Shown one piece after another: positions 18,245-26,336 of a stretch of DNA of 57,732 bases; within the stretch, counting starts at the first letter, position 1; each line of letters begins with the position of its first letter. The notes under the pieces are model-generated. The model was given only the letters and a program-made list of their open reading frames with translations, was not told the origin of the DNA and searched no databases. This DNA is from a virus. Its lineage: Duplodnaviria; Caudoviricetes. The translations under genes and the position numbers were made by a program. Location: positions 1-57,732 of the IMG/VR virus record IMGVR_UViG_3300049793_000038; one strand, 5' to 3'.

Positions 18245-19150
18245 ATGTTTAAAGCTATCTACGATAGAGCAAACAAGCCTAAACTCTTCTTTGTGTTTGC
18301 AGTATTCATTACTCTTCTTTGTAGTGAGGTTGTCTTAACAACACTGGTGCCTGCATGGAAGAGTTACTTCTATGATATGTTAAAAGATAAGGATCTCAAT
18401 GGTTTTAGTATTGGTATCTATTGGTTTGGAGGTTTAATCCTTTCATTAGGTTTGGTAGCTGGTATTAAGGAGTTTATTAGTAGGCTTTTAGCTTTACAAA
18501 TTAGAATTCCGATGTCTAAGCTTGTTCTTAAGACCTGGGTACATGCGAAGGAACCAGCTACAAAGAACTTTAGTCAACCACAAACTGAGTCTATCCGGCT
18601 GTCAACTGAGAACTTCGTAATAGTTGTGCGGGAAGTGTTTATATCCGCTATGGTAGTTATAGGTTTAGCAGTGTCTAATCTAGATAAGCCTAAGGTGCTG
18701 CTGTGTGCGTTCCTCTATACAGTTGCTGTATCTATATCAGCCGTATTCTTTGGTAAGCCCTTACGAGATAGTAACCGTAAATGGCAGGAACTAGAAGGCG
18801 TGTATAGAGAGTCACTGGGAGATATTGCTGCTGGTAAAGGTGATTATACAGCTAAGGAGAAGTTCCGGCAAGCATGTCAAGGATTTTTAAGATATACCAA
18901 TATAACTATGTGCTTCACTTTATTTAGTTCCTTTAAAGGCGGCTTAATGATGTTGCTACCTTATTTTATATTCTCTGCCGATTATTTTGCCGGTACTGTG
19001 ACTTTTGGTCAATTCATGGGGACAGTAACCACGTTTGAATTGCTGGTTATGAATGCCGTGGTGTTTACTACTGTCTATCCGATGTGGACGCAAGTCCGAT
19101 CCGGTCACGCTATTGTGAAAGATTTCTATATAAAACATTTACACAAATAA
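18245..19150 (+). CDS. SbmA/BacA (or YddA-type ABC TMD)-like multi-pass transporter, no ATPase domain
   Basis: About 6 TM segments; WKSYFYDMLKDKD, QELEGVYRESL, LPYFIFSADYFAGTVTFGQFM resemble SbmA/YddA TMD motifs. Confidence 0.7.
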   Translation: MFKAIYDRANKPKLFFVFAVFITLLCSEVVLTTLVPAWKSYFYDMLKDKDLNGFSIGIYWFGGLILSLGLVAGIKEFISRLLALQIRIPMSKLVLKTWVHAKEPATKNFSQPQTESIRLSTENFVIVVREVFISAMVVIGLAVSNLDKPKVLLCAFLYTVAVSISAVFFGKPLRDSNRKWQELEGVYRESLGDIAAGKGDYTAKEKFRQACQGFLRYTNITMCFTLFSSFKGGLMMLLPYFIFSADYFAGTVTFGQFMGTVTTFELLVMNAVVFTTVYPMWTQVRSGHAIVKDFYIKHLHK

Positions 19151-19154
19151 TCCC

Positions 19155-19184
19155 TTGACAACTTTAAAATCCACTATATATTAT
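19155..19184 (+). promoter_or_regulatory. sigma70-like promoter
   Basis: TTGACA-N16-TATATTAT. Confidence 0.7.
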
Positions 19185-19219
19185 ATAGTAGGTCATTAGC
19201 AAATATAGGAGAGGGTAAG

Positions 19220-19444
19220 ATGGCTTGCTCAAATATTAGAAGTTGTGTGGAAAAGACGGTTCTATCTCGTGGAATATATGTGATTACAACACTACCACCA
19301 GAGGAAGGCCTGGCTCAGAAGGTATTTTACCTTTGGATGGCCGGCCAGCTAGTTGGGCACTCAACTAAGGTTAGGTGCTGTACTGCTTCAAAGTTATGGA
19401 GCTTATATCTTAAATCGCGTAAAGTGAGGGGGGTAGTAAAATGA
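19220..19444 (+). CDS. Hypothetical protein
   Basis: AGGAG RBS after a promoter. Confidence 0.6.
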   Translation: MACSNIRSCVEKTVLSRGIYVITTLPPEEGLAQKVFYLWMAGQLVGHSTKVRCCTASKLWSLYLKSRKVRGVVK

Positions 19445-19641
19445 CAGAGATGGAATTAGCCACACAGAAACTGTTAGAGAAGTACACAGCAGCGTTAAAG
19501 ACTATAGCTAACTTAAAGAGCCAGGTAGCAACCCTGGAGTTTGAGAATTCTTGGTTAAGGCTTGAGTTTAAGGGTAAACTTGAAGAGAGCTATTATGAGC
19601 CGGAAGGTTGGGATTGGGAAGCAGAGCCAGAGTTAAAATAA
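19441..19641 (+). CDS. Hypothetical coiled-coil protein
   Basis: ATGA overlap with the upstream gene. Confidence 0.65.
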   Translation: MTEMELATQKLLEKYTAALKTIANLKSQVATLEFENSWLRLEFKGKLEESYYEPEGWDWEAEPELK

Positions 19642-19644
19642 GTA

Positions 19645-19674
19645 TTGACTATTGATTTCATAAGACTATATATT
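19645..19674 (+). promoter_or_regulatory. sigma70-like promoter
   Basis: TTGACT-N16-TATATATT. Confidence 0.65.
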
Positions 19675-19713
19675 GTAGTGTAAGGGTTAAACTAAGGGAT
19701 AGGAGAAGTTGAG

Positions 19714-19902
19714 ATGGGTGACAAAGTGGACATAAAGACAGACAAAGGCGTGCAGGTGCTAGTTGATATAGACGAGGAGTTTGATACAATTGATATGTCA
19801 CTTAAGAATATCAGATTCTCTTCGTCAGACTTAGAAGCAGCCAACGAATTAGTGGATTTTGCTTTGAGAGCTAGAGAGCGGTATTTACGGTATAGTGGGT
19901 AA
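19714..19902 (+). CDS. Hypothetical protein
   Basis: AGGAG RBS. Confidence 0.65.
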   Translation: MGDKVDIKTDKGVQVLVDIDEEFDTIDMSLKNIRFSSSDLEAANELVDFALRARERYLRYSG

Positions 19903-19925
19903 CAACAGACAGTGGAGGTGTTAAA

Positions 19926-20129
19926 ATGGATAACAACATGAAAGTACAGACAGCCCGTGGAGAGAAAGCATTGTCATTGTTAAAAGAGCAGATTAGGATG
20001 ACAGAGAAGCTTTGTAGCGCTACAAAACGGATAGTTGATGATATGACAATGGAGGTTGATGTTCTTATGCATAGTCTCAGCAGTGAAAAGGCAGAGCGTA
20101 AACGCATGGCTGGTATAAAGTTTAAGTAG
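19926..20129 (+). CDS. Hypothetical protein
   Basis: GGAGGT RBS. Confidence 0.7.
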   Translation: MDNNMKVQTARGEKALSLLKEQIRMTEKLCSATKRIVDDMTMEVDVLMHSLSSEKAERKRMAGIKFK

Positions 20130-20152
20130 CAACTCAATAGAAGGAGGTTGAT

Positions 20153-20401
20153 ATGTATAACATAAAAGAACAGGATAAAGTTGTGCCCTACCAAACATGG
20201 AAAGCGCTGTATCTAGGGTTGTATGCCGAGCACTGCATACTAAATAAGCAACATGCTGAGCTTCGTAAATATGCAGCAGCATTACAAAGTAAGATGGCTG
20301 TGGATATGCAAGTACATCATTACAGGGCTACCAAAGGGGGCAAAGACAATTACACTGGAACGGGTATTAAGTGTACTTATAATGGAGAAAGCAATGTATA
20401 G
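20153..20401 (+). CDS. Hypothetical protein
   Basis: AAGGAGGT RBS. Confidence 0.7.
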   Translation: MYNIKEQDKVVPYQTWKALYLGLYAEHCILNKQHAELRKYAAALQSKMAVDMQVHHYRATKGGKDNYTGTGIKCTYNGESNV

Positions 20402-20474
20402 ATTAGCTAACCTCACCAGCTAAGGTTGTAGGTAGCTTCCTTAGCTGGCCTGGTTATTACAAGGAGTAAGTTCC

Positions 20475-20696
20475 ATGACAATAGATCCTAGCGGGCCATG
20501 TCCAATAGACAGGCTGATCCGAGCAGCTGCAATAATTAAGACACTTAATCCTGAGATTTCTATTGCTCGCTGCGAATATGCTGTCTGGATTGTAGGGGAA
20601 CTTGTAGATGTCTGTGTTACTCGGCGTCCGGTTGTAACCCTAGAACTGTGGGATGTATTCTTCAAAGTTAGAGAGAAGAAGGCCGCAAAGAAATAA
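20475..20696 (+). CDS. Hypothetical protein
   Basis: AAGGAG RBS. Confidence 0.65.
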   Translation: MTIDPSGPCPIDRLIRAAAIIKTLNPEISIARCEYAVWIVGELVDVCVTRRPVVTLELWDVFFKVREKKAAKK

Positions 20697-20716
20697 CTTA
20701 CTAAAGGAATTTACAT

Positions 20717-21079
20717 ATGTATCACGAATGGGGCGACGAAGACTTTGATTGGGATTCATTGTACAAAGCAGAACGCTTTATATGGATCTGGTTAAAAAGA
20801 TTAACTGGTGCTCATTTAATGCTTAAAGAGAAATATGGCACATTAAGATATTCATTTATGTTTGGTAGCTCCAAGATAGAATCAATTAAGAATATACAAA
20901 TACGTCTTGGTAACTGCCTATTTCCATTTATAATATTCATAGCTTGCTGGAGATGGCCCAATGTGGCACAAGAGATCTTGAATGACTTATTACCAAATAG
21001 AGGTAAGCCATTACCTTGGTTTGCTAGGCCTTTCGTGAAAGTTAGTCCGTGGCGCAGTATGGAGGATACAGATGACTAA
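20717..21079 (+). CDS. Hypothetical phage protein
   Basis: AAAGGA RBS; KEKYGTLRY resembles a recurrent phage hypothetical-protein motif. Confidence 0.7.
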   Translation: MYHEWGDEDFDWDSLYKAERFIWIWLKRLTGAHLMLKEKYGTLRYSFMFGSSKIESIKNIQIRLGNCLFPFIIFIACWRWPNVAQEILNDLLPNRGKPLPWFARPFVKVSPWRSMEDTDD

Positions 21080-21374
21080 AGATTATACGTTTAAAGAAGC
21101 AGAAGCGCTCTTTCAACAAATGCGAGAGCTATCAGATGAAAGGCACCGATATCATGATACGGTATGGCGACTCTGTAAGGACTTACCGTACTATATTGGG
21201 GCCACAGGTGAGGACATCCTCCCCCGCCGGAACACTCCAGAGATATTAGAATTTCAAGGTCATATAGATCGCCTTAACCTAGAACTAGCTGCTCTGGAGT
21301 CAACGCCGATTTATGTGGCCGTTAAAGAGTTTATAGAAGATGGAGCGGATGCGTTTGGTTGGTATCTTGAATAA
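21072..21374 (+). CDS. Hypothetical protein
   Basis: GGAGG RBS; overlapping start. Confidence 0.7.
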   Translation: MTKDYTFKEAEALFQQMRELSDERHRYHDTVWRLCKDLPYYIGATGEDILPRRNTPEILEFQGHIDRLNLELAALESTPIYVAVKEFIEDGADAFGWYLE

Positions 21375-21388
21375 GGGGGAGATAATTA

Positions 21389-21637
21389 ATGCAACACGAA
21401 CTAACAGCTATCTATATTCATATGGCTTTAAAACATTATAAGTGTTTATATAAGCAAATGCAAGACGCCTATGAACGTCAGAAAGCTAAGCGTGCTAAAG
21501 CTTTAATGTTTGTACAAGATCTTGAAGATAAGAATGAAGCCCTTAGAGCGGAGCTAGAGTTTAAAGAAGAGACCATATCAATGCTCTATCGTGTTATACA
21601 GATACTTAAACAGGAGGATAATCGTGGTGAAGATTAG
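21389..21637 (+). CDS. Hypothetical coiled-coil protein
   Basis: GGGGGAG RBS. Confidence 0.65.
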   Translation: MQHELTAIYIHMALKHYKCLYKQMQDAYERQKAKRAKALMFVQDLEDKNEALRAELEFKEETISMLYRVIQILKQEDNRGED

Positions 21638-21890
21638 TAATAATACCATGTACTGTAAGAACAATACACCCAACATAGTAGAAGTCGTTGACAAGATATT
21701 GAATACACCTATGAATAGAGCATCTAGATTATTAGAGCTTTATCAATTAGAAGTAGACCTAAAGAGACCTCTTTTCTATGTCAAGGATAAGTATTCTCAT
21801 AGGAAGAGATACTCTGATATCATGTATGTTAAACATATACTTAATTCTATTAGGAACCCAGTTCCTTCTCATATACCTGTAAATGCCTAA
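21591..21890 (+). CDS. Hypothetical protein (true start probably further downstream)
   Basis: AGGAGG at ~21612 suggests a GTG start near 21624-21627. Confidence 0.55.
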   Translation: MLYRYLNRRIIVVKISNNTMYCKNNTPNIVEVVDKILNTPMNRASRLLELYQLEVDLKRPLFYVKDKYSHRKRYSDIMYVKHILNSIRNPVPSHIPVNA

Positions 21891-22038
21891 CAACTACGTC
21901 GTAGGCACCACAGGGGAGCTCACTAAGAGCTAAGCCATTCCACCCTTAGTCACCTACATCTTTTATAAATGTAGGCCCTCCAGAGTCTTTAAAACGACGC
22001 ACAGAGCATATCTAATACCTTTAATCAGGAGATACTAC

Positions 22039-22248
22039 ATGACAGCAACTACGTTGTACACGGCAAAGCCGTTAAAGATAGAACTTAATATTAAAGACTA
22101 TGAAGATCTAGTCGAGAGAGCACTGGCTGGCAGTAAGAAAGCTGAGAAGCTCTTAATGAGTGATAGAATAGTTATAATCGAGCAGGAAGACGTTAGCGAC
22201 ACAGTCGCGTGTAACGTAGTTACTGGAGTTACTGATGAACTTACTTAG
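22039..22248 (+). CDS. Hypothetical protein
   Basis: AGGAG RBS. Confidence 0.65.
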   Translation: MTATTLYTAKPLKIELNIKDYEDLVERALAGSKKAEKLLMSDRIVIIEQEDVSDTVACNVVTGVTDELT

Positions 22249-22444
22249 CCTAGATTATGACCCTATTAAACATGAACAAGCCTTATTAAACAGAATAATT
22301 GAATTAGAGTACAGCTTTATGGATGGCAAGTCTTCTGATACATACTTAGAGGACATAATGTCAGTTGAATACATGATGCTAGTAGCAGAACTAGTTGGAC
22401 TGAGAAGAAGAAATAAGGAGAACCCGAATGACACAACCGAGTAA
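22235..22444 (+). CDS. Hypothetical protein
   Basis: GGAG RBS; overlap with neighbour. Confidence 0.6.
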   Translation: MNLLSLDYDPIKHEQALLNRIIELEYSFMDGKSSDTYLEDIMSVEYMMLVAELVGLRRRNKENPNDTTE

Positions 22445-22676
22445 CCAATTAGAACAGTTACAACAACAACTTGCACACCTAGAGGCAATAGTTAGTGGCT
22501 TAAATACAACATTAGTAGCCTACAAAGCATTTCATGGTCTTTTTGGACACTTCTCTGAGAGTGAGGAAGCAACTATAGTAGGCTACCAGAACCAGATAGA
22601 TGAAGCTCAACACTCTATTGCAGTCAAGAGAACTGCAATTGCAGCTTTACAGACGGTTGTTAGTATGTTACCATAG
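22428..22676 (+). CDS. Hypothetical coiled-coil protein
   Basis: AAGGAG RBS. Confidence 0.65.
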   Translation: MTQPSNQLEQLQQQLAHLEAIVSGLNTTLVAYKAFHGLFGHFSESEEATIVGYQNQIDEAQHSIAVKRTAIAALQTVVSMLP

Positions 22677-22704
22677 CGTTTAATAACAGATTGGAGATAG
22701 ATAT

Positions 22705-23010
22705 ATGCTGGCAATACCCCGAAGGGAAGACTTTAAAGCATTACTTATTAAGAAGTTTATTGGAAGGCGGATATTGTCAGACGAAGGATTGTATCCTCCT
22801 ACCATTGGTTATAAACTAGTAAATGCTAAGATGATTAGGGATTACATTAAAGAACTATTTGGTTTGAAACGTAAAGATGTTATTGTTACTTGTACTGATA
22901 ATGAAATATGCGTATTCATGACATCCCACTGCTACAGGTTATTCTACATTGCTGCTGAAGAGCTGCACCTAACCCGAACAGGGCTATACACTAATCAGAA
23001 GTGGTTATGA
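22705..23010 (+). CDS. Hypothetical protein
   Basis: GGAG RBS; last gene of the + arm. Confidence 0.6.
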   Translation: MLAIPRREDFKALLIKKFIGRRILSDEGLYPPTIGYKLVNAKMIRDYIKELFGLKRKDVIVTCTDNEICVFMTSHCYRLFYIAAEELHLTRTGLYTNQKWL

Positions 23011-23067
23011 TAATAACGCAGTTACGTTGTCACATGGTTATGATAGTATCATGGTTACACTAGACAT

Positions 23068-23127
23068 AAAAATACCCCAGCTGGACAAGTAACTAAGTCG
23101 TTACAAACCAGTCTGGGGTTTCTTTTT
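23068..23127. terminator. Bidirectional intrinsic terminator at the convergence of the two arms
   Basis: AAAAAT-ACCCCAGCTGG...CCAGTCTGGGGT-TTCTTTTT with an inner GTAAC/GTTAC stem. Confidence 0.75.
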
Positions 23128-23137
23128 GTCAGTAACT

Positions 23138-23410
23138 CTACTTTAAGACATGAAGTCCTTCAAGCATGTGCTCTGTAGTTCCTAAAGCAAGTCCGACAAC
23201 CAGCCAGCTAACTATAGCTGCTATCTTGAAGTACGTATTGAACTTAACTCTATCCTCTTTTAAGCTCATGACATCTATCTTTAACTCTTTGATGTCCTCT
23301 TTTAAACTAGTAAGTATCTCATAGATTGATTCTAGCTTACCCTGCAAGTACGGGTCGGAGTCGCTTGCTGTTCGGTTGCTTGATCTCATTTTATTTACAT
23401 CCCACTTCAC
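23138..23410 (-). CDS. Coiled-coil + single C-terminal TM protein (XhlA-like holin candidate)
   Basis: LKEDIKELKIDV coiled coil, then IAAIVSWLVVGLALG; at the end of the late operon; start may be 23389. Confidence 0.5.
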   Translation of the reverse strand: MKWDVNKMRSSNRTASDSDPYLQGKLESIYEILTSLKEDIKELKIDVMSLKEDRVKFNTYFKIAAIVSWLVVGLALGTTEHMLEGLHVLK

Positions 23411-23441
23411 AACACCTTAGATTTTACAACTACTATTAAAA

Positions 23442-24707
23442 TTAAAGTGGAACCAACCCATTCAATGTATAGGGTCCAAACGTCCTTGGACCAGCAGTAA
23501 CATGGTATAAGATCTGATAATAATGATACCCAAGAGGGATGGAAGTTCCCGCAAGGAAATCATTAGTATAATCTTTACTACTGTTGTTAAGAGTAGGGAC
23601 AGTTTGTGAGTCCAGAGCAAACCCTAGATACACAGCACCATCATTTGTAATTGAGCCTAAGTGAGTGTTGATCTGGATATTAATATTATCTAGACCTCCA
23701 ATGACAATGTCCGCCCTAGTCTCACCAAGAGTGTTGTTACCCTCAGGGATCGCGAAGTCAGTCTCTGACCCTACCCAAGCATCTGCATCAGGAGCAAACG
23801 CTCCTAATATCTTTGGTATCTTATTGTTCTCATTATACACAAACCTTCTACGGGATGAATCTTCACATTGACCAGCAACGTTTGTCGTTCTAATAGTACC
23901 CACATAACGAGTGCTTGTGTTTGTAGCTAAGGTAAGAACACCTTGGAAACGAGTTACACTAAAGGTAGCCCGTGCTGTGTCTGTACCCCATGGAACTAGA
24001 ATCATGGATGGCACACCGGAGTTATAAGTGATAAATACATCGTAGTTGGTGCCGGTTGTATCAGGTATCGCTACTGACAAAGTACCTGTGGTCAATAATT
24101 CCCATCTGGTACCATTGTATAGAGCAATCTGGTTAGTTGACATTGGTATATAATATATAACAGTTCCACCAAATGTGTTTGAGGTGTATATAGGGTTGGT
24201 TGGATGGAGCCCTATTCTACCTCCGATAGTATCCACGCTGAACTGAGCTGTAACGCCGTAGTCAGAAGCTACATGCACCACTCTAAAGTATGTACCATCA
24301 TAAACAATGGTGACGTCCTTATTCGCTGGTATTTCACCAGTCCTCACAACTCTAGACCCGTCTGCATTCCTAAGGGTTTTAACCCCTAAGCCTGCAACGT
24401 TTACTGTTGATGTCGTTGTGTTGGTGTTAGCAGGTTGAAATCGTACTCTCATACCTTCAACATAAGCTGGAGGAGACTTCTGTGAGTCCGAAACAGCCAG
24501 AAGGTAAGCGTTAGCACTTCCTGTGTCATTGTAGAAGTCACCACGAGCAGAGTATATAGATACAGCCTTAGTAACTTGATACAGATCACTTGCAGATGGG
24601 GTTATATCCACTGTATCCACTAGGTTCAATGTCTCATTCTTAAAGTCATTAAACTCAGCAGCTGGAAGTGTACTAACAGCATCAAATTTATCTGGAATAG
24701 TTCTCAT
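23442..24707 (-). CDS. Tail fiber / receptor-binding protein
   Basis: N-terminal baseplate-attachment-like segment (AAEFNDFKNE..DLYQVTKAV); DTGSANAY...GMRVRFQPANTNTTTSTVNV fiber module. Confidence 0.75.
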   Translation of the reverse strand: MRTIPDKFDAVSTLPAAEFNDFKNETLNLVDTVDITPSASDLYQVTKAVSIYSARGDFYNDTGSANAYLLAVSDSQKSPPAYVEGMRVRFQPANTNTTTSTVNVAGLGVKTLRNADGSRVVRTGEIPANKDVTIVYDGTYFRVVHVASDYGVTAQFSVDTIGGRIGLHPTNPIYTSNTFGGTVIYYIPMSTNQIALYNGTRWELLTTGTLSVAIPDTTGTNYDVFITYNSGVPSMILVPWGTDTARATFSVTRFQGVLTLATNTSTRYVGTIRTTNVAGQCEDSSRRRFVYNENNKIPKILGAFAPDADAWVGSETDFAIPEGNNTLGETRADIVIGGLDNINIQINTHLGSITNDGAVYLGFALDSQTVPTLNNSSKDYTNDFLAGTSIPLGYHYYQILYHVTAGPRTFGPYTLNGLVPL

Positions 24708-25777
24708 TAAGCTGTCCCTCCATTATCTTCAACCACTGTAGCACTTTCATCTGGAACGCTAACTTCCTCTTCTATAGCTACAACAGTTGAATCATCCTGT
24801 ACGATAACAGCTTCTTCAACAGGAAGGCCGGCTTCAAGTGGGTAATCGGGATTCATATCTGTACCCGCCTCAACCGGATAATCGGTGACTGTTGGTAGCT
24901 CGTCAACTGTGGCCTCTATTTCTACCGACGGCTCAACAACAGGCTCTACGGCAACGTCCGCTGGAACCTCACCAACAGTTGTTTCAACTGGAGTAGTCTC
25001 TAATGGTAATTCTGCTGGTGTTACAGCTTCAAGAGATTCACTCGGCGCAGTTTCACCGCTAATGACGTCAACAGTAACTACTGCTTCCGGCTCCAGGGGA
25101 GCTTCTACAGGAGCAGCTTTTTCTTGTGGTACCACCACTACCTCTTCTGGCAATGTAGGCCCTTGTGCCTCTTCCCTGGCTTCTAGAGACACGGTCTCGT
25201 CCTGCGTAGCTGGTGTAGGGGCTATCTGTACGGGCCCAACAGCTTCAACTACTACTGCTGGTTCTTCTACAGGCGTAGGAGCTTCTTCAACGACAGCAAC
25301 CTCAACCATAGGTTCTACTGCTACAGCTGGGTATATTACACCTTCACCCGACATAGCTTCAGGCATATTAAGCATTGGAACTGCGTCTGTATCTGCTACA
25401 GGTGCAGGTGTGATCTGTAACTGCTGTATCTGAGAAGTAATAACAGGTAACACGGAAGCTGCCTCATGTAGCTCTTCAATAGCTTCAACTGTTACAGGGG
25501 TACCAGGAACTACTTCAATAGCCTTTAGTGGCTCTGTGATATCCTTGAGTACAGCTTTCTCAGCTAGTACTGGTGCTACATCTAAGCCATGATCCAGGCA
25601 ATGAACATAGCGCTTGTCAAGTGTATCAAGCATTGTGTTACGCTCTTCTCTTAAGACCTCTAATAGCTGTGCTTTCAGCTCATGAAGCTCTAGCTTTAGC
25701 TCTTCTACGGATAGACTATCCTTAGTATCGACTGTAACCTTATCACCGTCATTGTCTTGGTATATAAATTGTGACAT
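24707..25777 (-). CDS. Tail-fiber-assembly-like domain fused to a long acidic low-complexity region
   Basis: LREERN...LKDITEPLKAI is paralogous to 25783-26334; about 240 aa rich in E/V/P/A/T. Confidence 0.65.
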   Translation of the reverse strand: MSQFIYQDNDGDKVTVDTKDSLSVEELKLELHELKAQLLEVLREERNTMLDTLDKRYVHCLDHGLDVAPVLAEKAVLKDITEPLKAIEVVPGTPVTVEAIEELHEAASVLPVITSQIQQLQITPAPVADTDAVPMLNMPEAMSGEGVIYPAVAVEPMVEVAVVEEAPTPVEEPAVVVEAVGPVQIAPTPATQDETVSLEAREEAQGPTLPEEVVVVPQEKAAPVEAPLEPEAVVTVDVISGETAPSESLEAVTPAELPLETTPVETTVGEVPADVAVEPVVEPSVEIEATVDELPTVTDYPVEAGTDMNPDYPLEAGLPVEEAVIVQDDSTVVAIEEEVSVPDESATVVEDNGGTA

Positions 25778-25782
25778 TATCT

Positions 25783-26334
25783 CTATTCCTTTGTAATTAA
25801 ACTATCTTCTGCTGAAGCCGCTTCAGCATCAATAGGTGTTGGTGATATTACAGCCGCAGCTTCTAGAGCAGCCAGTTTAGTTGGATCATTAACTTCATCT
25901 TCTAATAGCTTAATAGCTTTCAAAGGCTCTGTAATGTCTCTAAGCTCTTGTTTAGCAGCTATTATCTCAGCAGTATCAGTTCCTTGCTCTACAGCTCTCA
26001 TATACTGATAGTCTAGCTCTTGGAAGTAATCTTTACGTTCAGCTCTAAGCTCATTAAGTAACTGTTCTTGTACCTTGCCCAAGTGTATATCAATAGCTGA
26101 GTGTGGAGTAACATCGCACCAGCAATCTCTGTACTTCCTATCACCTGGTATATCGTCTTCTGTTATTCTGCGGACGCTGATGGCACCAGCAGGAACTGAC
26201 TTCTCTAGGACATGTGCTTCATACTCCTCGTCTGTTAGAGGTCCTAACATTTCTTCTATTGATGTCTTCGGTGCCGCATGAATTACAGCAACTGTGCCAT
26301 CCGCGTTAGTATATACATATTTTAAATCATTCAT
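25783..26334 (-). CDS. Tail fiber assembly chaperone-like protein
   Basis: DIPGDRKYRDCW, LRAERKDYFQELD, KQELRDIT; follows the fiber gene. Confidence 0.7.
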   Translation of the reverse strand: MNDLKYVYTNADGTVAVIHAAPKTSIEEMLGPLTDEEYEAHVLEKSVPAGAISVRRITEDDIPGDRKYRDCWCDVTPHSAIDIHLGKVQEQLLNELRAERKDYFQELDYQYMRAVEQGTDTAEIIAAKQELRDITEPLKAIKLLEDEVNDPTKLAALEAAAVISPTPIDAEAASAEDSLITKE

Positions 26335-26336
26335 AA

